A stretch of DNA of 55,375 nt from an uncultured bacterium (GCA_964584495.1 CAZPAH010000004.1:1-55375), one strand, 5' to 3'. Positions 1 to 9,687 are shown, counted from the first letter of the stretch. A program made the numbers and translations. The notes: generated by a model not told the origin, from the sequence alone.

Positions 1-165
1 GAGGCGGGTATCCGTTTCCTCGAGGACGGCGGGTTCGTGAGATATCTCTCCGCGCGGCGAATGGTCCTCGGACCAGAAACAGACTGGAAACCGGAGGGGA
101 TTTTCAGTAGAATCGGCGGGTATTGCGGTTGACGTCCCGCGATCCTAAAAAGACGGGAGACGAAA

Positions 166-780
166 ATGGATATCGGTTCGATGGGTGCCATAGCGGCTCT
201 TTCGACAATCTTCGGAGTGATTTGCTGCTTCTGGGGATTCAGGATTTTCAAGGTGATGCTCGGGATTATAGGTTTCATAATCGGGGCGTATTTCGGAGCC
301 CATTTGGGGGCCTATTTCACCGGGGGATTCGGGTTCGTAGCCATACTCCTCGGCCTTCTCGGCGGAATCGTCGGTTCTTCACTCGTTGTGGCGCTATACT
401 TCCTGGGAATCTTCGTACTCGGAGCGATGGGGGGCTGGATCCTCGGGATGATGATTACAGGGGCGACGGGGGCCGGGATCAGCATTTTAATAATCGCGGC
501 GATAGCGCTGGCAGGCGGGCTCCTCGCCGTATTCGCGCAGAAATTGATCCTCATCGTCGCCACGTCGTTCGTCGGCGCGTGGTACGTTGTCTCCGGGGCC
601 TTCTATTTTATGGGGAGCGGCTTCGATCCTATGGCAGTCTTCCGCGATCCATCCGACATGATAAAGTACAGCGGGGGACCCTACAACGTGATCCTCGCCA
701 GCTGGCTCCTTCTGGGGATCGCAGGCATGTTTTTCCAGTACAGGTCTTACAGGAGCAGAGGCAAGCCGGAGGTTGAATAG
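166..780 (+). CDS. DUF4203 (TM7S3/TM198-like) integral membrane protein
   Basis: 204 aa, Gly-rich hydrophobic helices throughout; N-terminal 'GVICCFWGFRIFK...GFIIG' pattern typical of DUF4203; stop TAG abuts next ATG. Confidence 0.7.
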   Translation: MDIGSMGAIAALSTIFGVICCFWGFRIFKVMLGIIGFIIGAYFGAHLGAYFTGGFGFVAILLGLLGGIVGSSLVVALYFLGIFVLGAMGGWILGMMITGATGAGISILIIAAIALAGGLLAVFAQKLILIVATSFVGAWYVVSGAFYFMGSGFDPMAVFRDPSDMIKYSGGPYNVILASWLLLGIAGMFFQYRSYRSRGKPEVE

Positions 781-1170
781 ATGGATAACGACCGTTACCG
801 AAGGGGACTGGAGAGGTTCAGGGAAGTGGACGGCAAGGGAGGCGAAAAGGCCGTCGAGGATCTGAAAGAGCTGGTCCCCGAGATCGGCCGTTATATCGTG
901 GAGTACCCCTTCGGGGACATCTATTCCAGGCCGGGGCTCGATCTGAGGACGAGGGAACTGGCGGCCATAGCGGCCCTCACCGCTATGGGCAACGCCGAGC
1001 CGCAGCTCAGGGTTCACATTCATGCGGCCCTGAATGCCGGGGCTTCGCGCCGGGAGATTATCGAGGTCGTGCTTCAGATGACGGTTTATACGGGTTTTCC
1101 CCTCGCCCTGAACGCCCTCTATACCGTCAGGGATATTTTTGCCAGGCGCGATGCGAGCGGTAAAGACTGA
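781..1170 (+). CDS. carboxymuconolactone decarboxylase (CMD/AhpD-like) family protein
   Basis: 'FGDIYSRPGLDLRTRELAAIAAL...QLRVHIHAALNAG...Y.GFP.ALN' signature; no CxxC. Confidence 0.9.
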   Translation: MDNDRYRRGLERFREVDGKGGEKAVEDLKELVPEIGRYIVEYPFGDIYSRPGLDLRTRELAAIAALTAMGNAEPQLRVHIHAALNAGASRREIIEVVLQMTVYTGFPLALNALYTVRDIFARRDASGKD

Positions 1171-1312
1171 TCGCCCGCCTACCCCTCTTCTCGCGATCCA
1201 TAAATACTTGATACGGTTGTGGAAATAGTGCAGGATAGCAGGGGTTTTCACACTTCGTGGATGAGGGGCGGGCGAAGAAAACGTTCCAGAAGGTTTATCC
1301 GGGGAAAAGGAG

Positions 1313-2071
1313 ATGAAACTGGACCTTGAAGGGCAGAATGTTCTGGTGACCGGAGGAAGCCGCGGGATCGGGGAGGAGATTTCGAGGCGGATAGCGGCAT
1401 GCGGGGGAAGGGTCGCGGTGCATTACAATTCCGGGGAGGAAAGGGCCCGCGGCCTCTCGCGTGAGATCGGCCGAGGAGCGGCGGCTTTCCAGGCCGATCT
1501 GTCCCGGCCGGCTGAAGGCGAAGAACTGTTCCAACGTGTTATAGAAGCATTTGGAAAGGTCGATACGCTGGTTAATAACGCGGGAATATTCGAGCCCGCC
1601 CCCGTATCGCTTTCAACCGGCGAATTCCTCGAATCGTGGAACAGAACGATCGCCGTCAATCTGATTTCCGCGGGGATTCTCTGCCACGCGGCCATAAATC
1701 ACTTCATCGCCGGAACGGGCGGCAGGATAATCAACATCGCTTCGAGGGCCGCATTCAGGGGAGAGACGGCCGATTATCTGGCCTATGCCGCCTCGAAAGG
1801 CGGAATGGTCTCCCTGAGCCGTTCGATCGCGAGATCGTTCGGGAAAAAGGGCATCAAGTCGTTCGTGATAGCCCCCGGCTACGTGAGAACCGACATGACG
1901 GAGGATTACCTGGTTGAAAACGAAAGGTCGCTCGTCGATAACGAGCTCGCTCTGGACCGCCTCACGGAGCCGGGGGACATCGCCCCTCTTGTGGCGTTCA
2001 TGGCTGCCGGTTTGCTCGATCATGCTACGGGCTGCTCGATCGATATCAATGCGGGAAGCTACATGAGGTAA
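1313..2071 (+). CDS. SDR family NAD(P)-dependent oxidoreductase
   Basis: TGGSRGIG, NNAG and YAASK motifs; SD (GGAG) before ATG. Confidence 0.93.
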   Translation: MKLDLEGQNVLVTGGSRGIGEEISRRIAACGGRVAVHYNSGEERARGLSREIGRGAAAFQADLSRPAEGEELFQRVIEAFGKVDTLVNNAGIFEPAPVSLSTGEFLESWNRTIAVNLISAGILCHAAINHFIAGTGGRIINIASRAAFRGETADYLAYAASKGGMVSLSRSIARSFGKKGIKSFVIAPGYVRTDMTEDYLVENERSLVDNELALDRLTEPGDIAPLVAFMAAGLLDHATGCSIDINAGSYMR

Positions 2072-2102
2072 CGCCCCGGGAAGGGCCGGAGAGGAGAAAT
2101 AT

Positions 2103-3092
2103 ATGGTTGAGGGCCGCCGTTCACCGTGGAAGAGCTGGGTGATCGTATCGATCATTCTTTCCATATCGGTGGCGATCGCCTACAGCTATTTCTTCCGGGT
2201 CGATTTTCCCTACCGTTACGAGCGGATCGAGTTGCACCGGCGGATTCTCGAACGGACGGCCGAATCCCCATATCGCTACAGGGTGCTAGTCCCTTATACG
2301 GCGGATCTTTCCGTGCGGGCGCTCGCCGCATTTCTCCCCTATCGCATCGCGTTCATGATTACTTACGCGATCTTCGATCTCGCATCCATCTTCTCTTTTC
2401 TTCTGATCCTGTATTATTTCTGCCGCCTGTGGTTTTCACGGGAGGCTTCCATGATCGGCGTTCTCTTCGTGGGGGCGACCGTGTCGATAGCGCTCAGAGA
2501 CCATTATTTTCAGCCCTGGTCGATCCTGGAGGCGGTGATCTTTTCCCTGGCCCTGATCGTCATCTACAGAAACAGGAGGGGCCTGCTTTATCCGCTTATC
2601 GTCCTGGCTTCCCTCAACAGGGAGACGGCGCTGTTCATTCCTCTGGCCTTTGTGGCGGCTAACTCTACGCCGGGAGCGGTCACGGGAAAGGATGGGGGTT
2701 TGAACGGGAAGGACCTGATCTTCGCGGCGGGTCTTCTCTCGGTATGGCTGGCGCTATTTCTGGCGGTCAGGTCATCGACCGGGAATACCACCCATATCTA
2801 TTCGCTGGGGGAGCTTTGGGCGAAGAACACCTCGGCAAGGAGCATCCTGAAGGCGGTTGTCAACAATGCGGCGTTTCTCGGGGCGTTCTGGATATTTGCC
2901 TTCAACGGTTTCAGAAAAGCGCCTCTATTCGTACGCAGGGTCGGACTGCTTCTTCCGGTCTATTTGATTCTGATACTCGTATTCGGCGTCTGGTACGAGG
3001 TAAGGCTGTGGATGCCCTTCTATCCCGTGTTTATTGCCGCGGCGCTGTCTTTTCTTTTCGGGGAGGAGATCGCAGGCAAAAGCGAGGCTTGA
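2103..3092 (+). CDS. hypothetical polytopic membrane protein (possibly GT-C-like)
   Basis: 329 aa with many TM segments; AGGAG SD; family not recognised with certainty. Confidence 0.6.
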   Translation: MVEGRRSPWKSWVIVSIILSISVAIAYSYFFRVDFPYRYERIELHRRILERTAESPYRYRVLVPYTADLSVRALAAFLPYRIAFMITYAIFDLASIFSFLLILYYFCRLWFSREASMIGVLFVGATVSIALRDHYFQPWSILEAVIFSLALIVIYRNRRGLLYPLIVLASLNRETALFIPLAFVAANSTPGAVTGKDGGLNGKDLIFAAGLLSVWLALFLAVRSSTGNTTHIYSLGELWAKNTSARSILKAVVNNAAFLGAFWIFAFNGFRKAPLFVRRVGLLLPVYLILILVFGVWYEVRLWMPFYPVFIAAALSFLFGEEIAGKSEA

Positions 3093-3117
3093 ATCGTGCG
3101 ATCCGAAAGGAGGATCA

Positions 3118-3807
3118 ATGAATGAACCAGATGAAACTAGGCCCGGTCCGGTAGGACCTTCAGTCGAGCCCACGGTCGATTCGTCTTTTTCCAACGGGTG
3201 GAGCAGGCTTTGGGGCAACTTTCTCGAGCTTCTTCTGATCGTGGTGATAATGTTTGTCGCTTACCTGCCGGTCTCATGGTCGACCGTGTCCGAGTATATC
3301 GGCGTCTACGAGGGATTCTTCCTCAAGATATTCGCGTTCGTATATCTGGTAATGATTCTCGCTCCGTTGAGATACGGCGCCGACTACGTCTATCTCAGGG
3401 CGGCCCGGGGCGAGAAAGCCGATGTCAAATATATATCGGAAAGTTTCCAGAACTACCTGAACGCGGTGCTGGCCTCGATACTGGCCTGGGCAATAATCGG
3501 TTTCGGGATCTTCTTTTTCATTGTTCCCGGAATCATCTTCGCCTGCAAGCTGGCTTTCGTGCCGTACCTGATAGTCGACCGCAAGATGGACGCCGTAGGG
3601 GCGATAAAGAAAAGCTGGAATATGACGAGCGGCCACGCGGCGAGCATATTTCTGATCTACCTGCTGGCGATACCGATAGGAATCGCCGGGCTTCTCTGCC
3701 TGGCGATAGGGATAATTCCGGCAGTTATGTGGATCAGGACCTCCCTGGCGTCGATGTACTTCGCGGTCTGCCTGCTGGAGGAGAAAAGAGGCGGCGATGA
3801 GGGATAA
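3118..3807 (+). CDS. DUF975-like membrane protein
   Basis: Start moved to ATG 3118 (AGGAGG SD); 'IFFFIVPGIIFACK...A...A.KKSW.MT.GH' pattern. Confidence 0.65.
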   Translation: MNEPDETRPGPVGPSVEPTVDSSFSNGWSRLWGNFLELLLIVVIMFVAYLPVSWSTVSEYIGVYEGFFLKIFAFVYLVMILAPLRYGADYVYLRAARGEKADVKYISESFQNYLNAVLASILAWAIIGFGIFFFIVPGIIFACKLAFVPYLIVDRKMDAVGAIKKSWNMTSGHAASIFLIYLLAIPIGIAGLLCLAIGIIPAVMWIRTSLASMYFAVCLLEEKRGGDEG

Positions 3808-4855
3808 TACCAATAACCGTCGATGCGGCAAGATCCTCGTTCTGGTTTCGATTCTGGCGGCCGCCTCCGTTCTGCCGTGCTGCGGAGTCAATGGCGACGA
3901 AGTGAAACTGTGGCCCGAGATAGAGCCGTACCGGACGGGATATCTCAAGGTTTCCGAATTGCACGAGATCTACTACGAGGTTTGCGGAAAAGAAGGGGGT
4001 ATTCCCGTTTTCGTGCTTCACGGAGGCCCGGGCGCAGGATGCTACCCCTACTATCGAAGGTTCAACGATCCCGACAAGTTCATGATCGTCCTGCACGATC
4101 AGCGGGGTTGCGGCCGTTCGAAGCCTTTCGGCGAGATCAGGGAAAATACCACCTGGGACCTTGTCGAGGATATCGAGAAGCTGCGCGTCGAGCTCGATGC
4201 GGGAAAGATTATCCTGTTCGGTGGCTCTTGGGGCACGACGCTGGGACTCGCCTATGCCGAAACTTACCCGCAAAACGTCGCCGGCCTGGTGCTTCGGGGG
4301 GTCTTTCTCTCCACCCGGTATGAACTGCAGCATTACTACTACGGGGGGGTCGCCAGGTTCTTCCCCGATACGTACGACAGGTTGGCGGGTAAGATGGAGG
4401 AGGCGGGGAAAACCGTATCCCCCGAGAACCTCTTTCACCTGATCCATGAGGGGACCGAGGACCAGAAGAGAAAATACAGCGTTGCATGGTGCGAGTACGA
4501 ATCGAAGATAGCTACGATAGAGGCGGTGGACGAAGATTACGCAGAGAGATACGACAGCTCGGATTTCTGGAGGAGGCTCATCTACTCGCTCGGTCTGCTG
4601 GAGAATTACTACATGATGAACAACTGTTTCCTCGAGGAAGGACAGCTTCTCGACAACGCGGATAGGATCGCCGGCATACCGGCGATAATCGTAAACGGAC
4701 GTTTCGATATGGTGTGTCCGCCGATCAGCGCCTACAGGCTGCATGAGAAACTCCCGCTGTCCAAGCTCGTAATCGCCGGGATGGCGGGTCATTCGATGAG
4801 CCAGAAGCCGATCGAGAGGGAGCTGTTGAAGGCGATGAACGAGTTTGGGAGGTAG
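3797..4855 (+). CDS. pip: prolyl aminopeptidase (proline iminopeptidase, S33) with hydrophobic N-terminal extension
   Basis: HGGPG, DQRGCGRS, nucleophile GGSWG, GRFDMVCP and AGH motifs. Confidence 0.92.
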   Translation: MRDNTNNRRCGKILVLVSILAAASVLPCCGVNGDEVKLWPEIEPYRTGYLKVSELHEIYYEVCGKEGGIPVFVLHGGPGAGCYPYYRRFNDPDKFMIVLHDQRGCGRSKPFGEIRENTTWDLVEDIEKLRVELDAGKIILFGGSWGTTLGLAYAETYPQNVAGLVLRGVFLSTRYELQHYYYGGVARFFPDTYDRLAGKMEEAGKTVSPENLFHLIHEGTEDQKRKYSVAWCEYESKIATIEAVDEDYAERYDSSDFWRRLIYSLGLLENYYMMNNCFLEEGQLLDNADRIAGIPAIIVNGRFDMVCPPISAYRLHEKLPLSKLVIAGMAGHSMSQKPIERELLKAMNEFGR

Positions 4856-4863
4856 CTAAAGCC

Positions 4864-5352
4864 ATGCCGGAAAAGATAACCTACACTCCGATCGGAGTCG
4901 TCCACAGTCCTTTCAAGGAACCGGCGGGAACACCGATCCAGCCGGCCGCCGGCGCCGGGGTCGCGGCCGAAGTGGAGCTGTATCCCGAATTCGAGCCGGG
5001 ACTCAAGGACCTGGACGGCTTCTCCCATATTATCCTGGTCTGCCATTTTCACCTTGCCCGCAGGGCCAAGCTTACGGCGAAGCCTTTCATGGACGATACC
5101 GAAAGGGGTATATTCGCCATAAGGGGGCCCTCGAGGCCCAATCCGATTGGAATATCGATCGTCCGCCTTAAAGGGATCAAGGGACCGCTGCTAATGATAG
5201 AGGACGTCGATATCGTGGATGGAACGCCCGTTCTGGATATAAAGCCTTACGTGCCCCGGTTCGACGAAGCGCAACAGGTCAGGATAGGATGGCTGGGAAA
5301 CAAGATCGACAAACTTCCCCGCACCAGGGATGACGGCAGGTTCGCTCGGTAG
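4864..5352 (+). CDS. trmO: tRNA m6t6A37 methyltransferase TrmO/TsaA
   Basis: 'PIGVVHSPF', 'GIFAIRGPSRPNPIG', 'DIVDGTPVLDIKPY' motifs. Confidence 0.9.
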   Translation: MPEKITYTPIGVVHSPFKEPAGTPIQPAAGAGVAAEVELYPEFEPGLKDLDGFSHIILVCHFHLARRAKLTAKPFMDDTERGIFAIRGPSRPNPIGISIVRLKGIKGPLLMIEDVDIVDGTPVLDIKPYVPRFDEAQQVRIGWLGNKIDKLPRTRDDGRFAR

Positions 5353-5439
5353 ATCTTTTGGGCTGTTGATTCCTCATCGCAAGGACCGGTGCGGAGCGCC
5401 GGCCCGGCGGGGAGGCCGGAAAGGAAAGATATTAAAGGT

Positions 5440-6105
5440 ATGGAGGAAACCTATCCACTGACGGTCGACGGATGGTTCCGGTGCGGTTGGCACACCTTCC
5501 GCGGCAGGAGCCGTCGATTGATGATGGGAGTGGCGGTGCTATTCGTTTATTCCCTCGCCCTCATGTTCATAGGATTGATCCCCGGCGGGGGAGTGATCGG
5601 CATCCTGATACAGCTGACCGCCGGGCTGGTGCTGACCGTGGGCTGGTTGAATTTCTGCCTGCGGCTGGTCCGGGGCGAGGAAGTTCCTGTCGCCGCGATC
5701 TTCGAGCCGTTCTCCGAGTTCACCAGGGTCTGGTCGGTGGCTATCGTTATTTCGCTACTCATAGCTGCCGGCATCTTTCTCTTTATCGTCCCCGGAATAT
5801 ACTGGATGTTGAAGTTCGGGCTCGGCATGTTCGTTGTAGCCGACGAGGGAATGGGCGTAAGGGAAACGATGGAGAGGAGCGACGGGCTGACGAGGGGGCA
5901 CAAGAGCAAGCTGCTGGTATTTTACGGTCTCATGATAGGTCTTTACGGATTATCGGTTTTTCCCTATGCGGTGAATATGGGGGTTCTGGGCTCGATAACG
6001 GTATCGATATACAACTTCATCCTGACACCGATTCTGGGCGTGACCTACGCCTCCGCCTACGACAGCCTGTCGTCCCCGGCGGATCCCGGCGAAGCTAGAA
6101 ACTGA
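5440..6105 (+). CDS. DUF975-like membrane protein (paralog of 3118-3807)
   Basis: Start moved to ATG 5440; 'IFLFIVPGIYWMLK...S..LT.GHK' pattern. Confidence 0.62.
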   Translation: MEETYPLTVDGWFRCGWHTFRGRSRRLMMGVAVLFVYSLALMFIGLIPGGGVIGILIQLTAGLVLTVGWLNFCLRLVRGEEVPVAAIFEPFSEFTRVWSVAIVISLLIAAGIFLFIVPGIYWMLKFGLGMFVVADEGMGVRETMERSDGLTRGHKSKLLVFYGLMIGLYGLSVFPYAVNMGVLGSITVSIYNFILTPILGVTYASAYDSLSSPADPGEARN

Positions 6106-6215
6106 GAGACCGATGGCGGTTTTGTGTGGACTCGCGCTTCCGGTCATGCCAGACTGAATGGGATTTATACCCCGGCACCGCCTGAAAATCACTAACGGAA
6201 AGGAAGGTTGTTGGA

Positions 6216-6638
6216 ATGAACGATCTACAGAAACGTATCCTGGAAATCATGCAGAAACCCCATATGGCGAGCCTGGCAACGGTGACCGAGGACGGGAAAC
6301 CGTGGGTAAGGTATGTGATGTCCGTAGCCTCGGACGATCTCACGATCCGCTTTTCGTCGTTCTTGAAAGCCAGGAAGGTCGCGCATATCAGGAAAAACCC
6401 CGAGGTGCACCTTACCTGCGGCGTGACCGACCCGATGAGCTGGAAAAGTTATCTTCAGATCCAGGGAAGGGCCGAGATAAGCACAGATCCCGCGGAGAAA
6501 AAGGACTTCTGGAACGACCATCTCAAGGAGATTTTCGAGGGACCGGACGATCCTAACTACGCCGTCGTGATCGTGAGGCCGTACAGGATGGAGCTCAACA
6601 CTATTGGAAGCTTCAAAGCCGAGGTGCTGGAGGTATGA
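6216..6638 (+). CDS. pyridoxamine 5'-phosphate oxidase-like / general stress protein 26 (FMN-binding split barrel)
   Basis: 'SLATVTEDGKPWVRYV', 'KV.HI.KNPEV', 'YLQIQGRAEI', 'FEGPDDPNY'. Confidence 0.85.
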   Translation: MNDLQKRILEIMQKPHMASLATVTEDGKPWVRYVMSVASDDLTIRFSSFLKARKVAHIRKNPEVHLTCGVTDPMSWKSYLQIQGRAEISTDPAEKKDFWNDHLKEIFEGPDDPNYAVVIVRPYRMELNTIGSFKAEVLEV

Positions 6639-7831
6639 TGACCGTCAAATCGTGTCGAAAGGCGCTGTGGCCGGCTCTTCTCTGCTTGTTTGCGATCGTG
6701 CCGCCCGTGAAGCCGGCCGATATGCCCGACGGCGGGCACGTTAATTCTTCAAGGTCTCTTGCGGGGCCGGCCTATTTGCGCAACGAGGCGGAAGGCGCGG
6801 GAATAATTTCGCTCACTCCGGAAACCGCCTCTAGGTTCGCCAGGATGGCGCTCGACTGCGTCGGAAGGGAGTATCCGAACAAACCGGGGCACGTGATGAA
6901 CGGAGCCGGTGATGTCAAGAATCCACGCGCGCTGCATCCTGCGTTCTACGGTTGTTTCGATTGGCATTCGTCGGTCCACGGGCACTGGATGATGGTCAGG
7001 CTTATCGGGACTTTCCCGAACCTCCCGGAAGCGGATGAGATCCGCTCGGTGCTCGATCGCGACCTGGCGGCTGAGAACATAGCGGCCGAGGTGGAATATC
7101 TCGGGCAGGAGAACCGTAAATCTTTCGAGAGAACCTACGGGTGGGCATGGCTTCTGAAGCTGGCTCAGGAGCTCGACCGCTGTCCCGACGGCAATGCGGC
7201 GAGGTGGCGCCTGAACCTGCAGCCCCTTGTCCACGTGATAGTCGATCGTTACCTCGATTTCTTTCCCAGGCAGACATACCCGATCCGCAGGGGCGTCCAT
7301 CCCAACAGCGCATTCGGCCTGGCGTTCGCACTCGATTACGCCCGTTCGGCGGGCGAGGGCAACCTGGCCGGTATGGTAGTGGAACGGAGCAGGAGCTATT
7401 TCGCCGGTGACGCAGGCTGCCCGGCCTCCTGGGAGCCGGACGGGGACGATTTCTTCTCGCCCTCGCTGATGGAGGCGGATCTGATGCGCAGGGTGATGGG
7501 AAAGGAAGAGTTCTCCGCCTGGCTGGACAACTTCCTGCCGGGCCTGGCCGCCGGCGTGCCCGAATCCCTTTTCCGGCCGGCCGAGGTTTCCGACCGGACC
7601 GATCCCAAGATAGTCCACCTCGATGGGCTGAACATAAGCAGGGCCTGGTGCATGCTGGGAATCGCTTCCAGGCTGCCGGACGGAGATCCCCGCAGGATCG
7701 TACTCGAGAAGTCCGCTCGAACCCATGCCGCCGCGACCCTGCCTCATGTCGCCAGCGGCAGCTACGAGGGCGAGCACTGGCTCGCCTCGTTCGCCGTCTA
7801 CATGCTCTCCGCAATGGAGAAGGGGCGATGA
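6635..7831 (+). CDS. DUF2891 domain-containing protein, probably exported
   Basis: 'HPAFYGCFDWHSSVHGHW', 'FERTYGWAWLL', 'HLDGLNISRAW', 'YEGEHWLASFA'; hydrophobic N-terminus. Confidence 0.9.
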   Translation: MMTVKSCRKALWPALLCLFAIVPPVKPADMPDGGHVNSSRSLAGPAYLRNEAEGAGIISLTPETASRFARMALDCVGREYPNKPGHVMNGAGDVKNPRALHPAFYGCFDWHSSVHGHWMMVRLIGTFPNLPEADEIRSVLDRDLAAENIAAEVEYLGQENRKSFERTYGWAWLLKLAQELDRCPDGNAARWRLNLQPLVHVIVDRYLDFFPRQTYPIRRGVHPNSAFGLAFALDYARSAGEGNLAGMVVERSRSYFAGDAGCPASWEPDGDDFFSPSLMEADLMRRVMGKEEFSAWLDNFLPGLAAGVPESLFRPAEVSDRTDPKIVHLDGLNISRAWCMLGIASRLPDGDPRRIVLEKSARTHAAATLPHVASGSYEGEHWLASFAVYMLSAMEKGR

Positions 7832-8295
7832 TCGAGATATCGGAGGCGGCGACGGCCGGGCAGCTGGAATCCGCAAAAGAGATGGTTCTGGAATATGCGC
7901 GCTCTCTCGAATTCGATCTCGATTTCCAGGATTTCGAAGAAGAGGTGTCGCGTTTCCCCGGCGAGTATGCGCCGCCCGGCGGAAGGATTCTTCTCGCCCT
8001 CAGCGGAGGCGAGGCCGCCGGGATCGTGGCGATGCACCGATCTTCCCCCGGTGTATGCGAGATGAAGAGGCTTTTCGTCCGGCCGCGCTTCAGGGGCCTG
8101 GGGATAGGAAAAGCCCTTGCTCTTAGGATCATCGAGGAAAGCCGGAAGGTGGGCTATTCGAAGATGAGGCTCGACACCCTCTCCTCGATGAAGGAGGCCA
8201 CGGCCCTCTATCTGTCTCTCGGTTTTTACGAGATCGAACCTTACAGGTTCAATCCGCTCGGCGATGCCGTCTTCATGGAGCTGACCCTCGATTGA
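7828..8295 (+). CDS. GNAT family N-acetyltransferase
   Basis: Start ATG 7828 overlaps upstream TGA (ATGA); 'EMKRLFVRPRFRGLGIGKAL', 'A..LY..LGF'. Confidence 0.9.
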   Translation: MIEISEAATAGQLESAKEMVLEYARSLEFDLDFQDFEEEVSRFPGEYAPPGGRILLALSGGEAAGIVAMHRSSPGVCEMKRLFVRPRFRGLGIGKALALRIIEESRKVGYSKMRLDTLSSMKEATALYLSLGFYEIEPYRFNPLGDAVFMELTLD

Positions 8296-8299
8296 CCCC

Positions 8300-9436
8300 T
8301 TACGAGAGCGTTTCCACCGCCTCTTCGAAAACAACGCCGCGTTCTCGAAGACCCTCGAGCATGAAATCGACGCATTCGGGGATCCTGCCCGCATACTCGG
8401 GAGGCGATATCCCTTTCAGGCCGTAAAGGCCCCGGGCGATCATCCTGGCAGCCACCGTCGCGGTGTACCCTGTCGTTCTTGCCATCGAGTGAACGCCAGT
8501 TTTCTCGTTGAAACGATCGAAAAGGTTGTAGGTGTACCGGAGGCGCCGGCCGTCCTTGAGGCCCTCAACGATGATTCTCATTATTGTAAGGTCCACCTCG
8601 CCGTCGCGGAGCTCCCATTTTGGAAAGAGAAGCTTGGCGGTGAAATCGAGAGGGCGGATTTTCGTTCCGTTTATCTCGATCTCCTCCTGGCTGAAGAAGC
8701 CCGTCTCCCTTAGTACGGCCATTTTCTGTATATGTCCGGGATATCTCAGTGTTTTTTCCTTCATGTTTGGCGCTTCAAGCGTCGAGGCCAGTGTTCTCAA
8801 TCCGTCGCTGTTGAACGCCTCAAGCGTGCCCAATCCCGGAAAATCTATGAGCTCGGGATCGGAAAGGGCCGGCCTCGTCACGAGCGTTCCGTTTTCCACG
8901 TACCTCGCCGGGCGGGTGTACTCCTCTATCACGTCGACGGGGGAGAATACGGCCTTGTACTCGTAGGGCCATTCCCTGTTCTCGGGAAGCCCGCCGACAT
9001 ATATGATCACGGTCTCGGTCTTGTCGAGCATCCGATCGACATGACCGGAGAGTATATTGCTCATCCCGGGAGCGATGCCGCAATCGACCAGTGCCGTTAC
9101 ATCCATCTCTTTTGCCAGCGGGTCGAGATCGAAAGGGTTTTCGGGAAAAAATGCTATGTCGACCACGTTTTTCCCTGCTTGAAGTACGGCTTCGAGCGTC
9201 CGGTACCCCATGAACCCGGGGACGGCGTTGATCACTATATCGTAGCCGCCGACCAGCGATTTCACGGCGCCCGGATCGGAGAGATCGTTCCTGATCGTCG
9301 TAATGGGAAGTTTTTCCAGCTTTGACAGGGCCGTTTCGCTGATATCGGCCGCGCTTACCTCGAATTTTGGGTCGGCGGCGAGATCGGCCGCCATGGGACC
9401 GCCCACCAGCCCGGAGCCGAGCACGATTGCTTTCAT
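8300..9436 (-). CDS. saccharopine dehydrogenase / lysine 6-dehydrogenase family protein
   Basis: GSGLVG Rossmann start, 'DCGIAPGMSN', 'LEAFNSDGLRTL', 'EKTLRYPGH'; GGAGG SD before ATG 9436. Confidence 0.88.
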   Translation of the reverse strand: MKAIVLGSGLVGGPMAADLAADPKFEVSAADISETALSKLEKLPITTIRNDLSDPGAVKSLVGGYDIVINAVPGFMGYRTLEAVLQAGKNVVDIAFFPENPFDLDPLAKEMDVTALVDCGIAPGMSNILSGHVDRMLDKTETVIIYVGGLPENREWPYEYKAVFSPVDVIEEYTRPARYVENGTLVTRPALSDPELIDFPGLGTLEAFNSDGLRTLASTLEAPNMKEKTLRYPGHIQKMAVLRETGFFSQEEIEINGTKIRPLDFTAKLLFPKWELRDGEVDLTIMRIIVEGLKDGRRLRYTYNLFDRFNEKTGVHSMARTTGYTATVAARMIARGLYGLKGISPPEYAGRIPECVDFMLEGLRERGVVFEEAVETLS

Positions 9437-9642
9437 TGGATCCTCCATGCCTGATGTCCCTTTGGAGCCTGATCTTCCCGGGGACACGGTGTTCGAGAAA
9501 TTCTGCTTTGGAAATTGATAGTTCAATTTACGGGGGAAAGCCGTCACAGGCCGTTGAACCGGTTCAGCCAGCCCACGATGAGAGCGAGGCCCTTGCGGAA
9601 AACAGATCGTTGACTCGTGTTTTCATAACCTTCCATGCTTGA

Positions 9643-9670
9643 ATATTACCGTAAGAGGGTGGATTGTCAA
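9643..9670 (-). promoter_or_regulatory. sigma70-type promoter (TTGACA-N16-TAATAT)
   Basis: Perfect TTGACA (9670-9665) and TAATAT (9648-9643) on the minus strand, about 200 nt upstream of the dehydrogenase. Confidence 0.55.
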
Positions 9671-9687
9671 CCCCCGATGCGAATGAT

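Noticed and set aside
1-132. Open frames at the left edge
   Set aside because: Too short and motif-free to assign strand or product.
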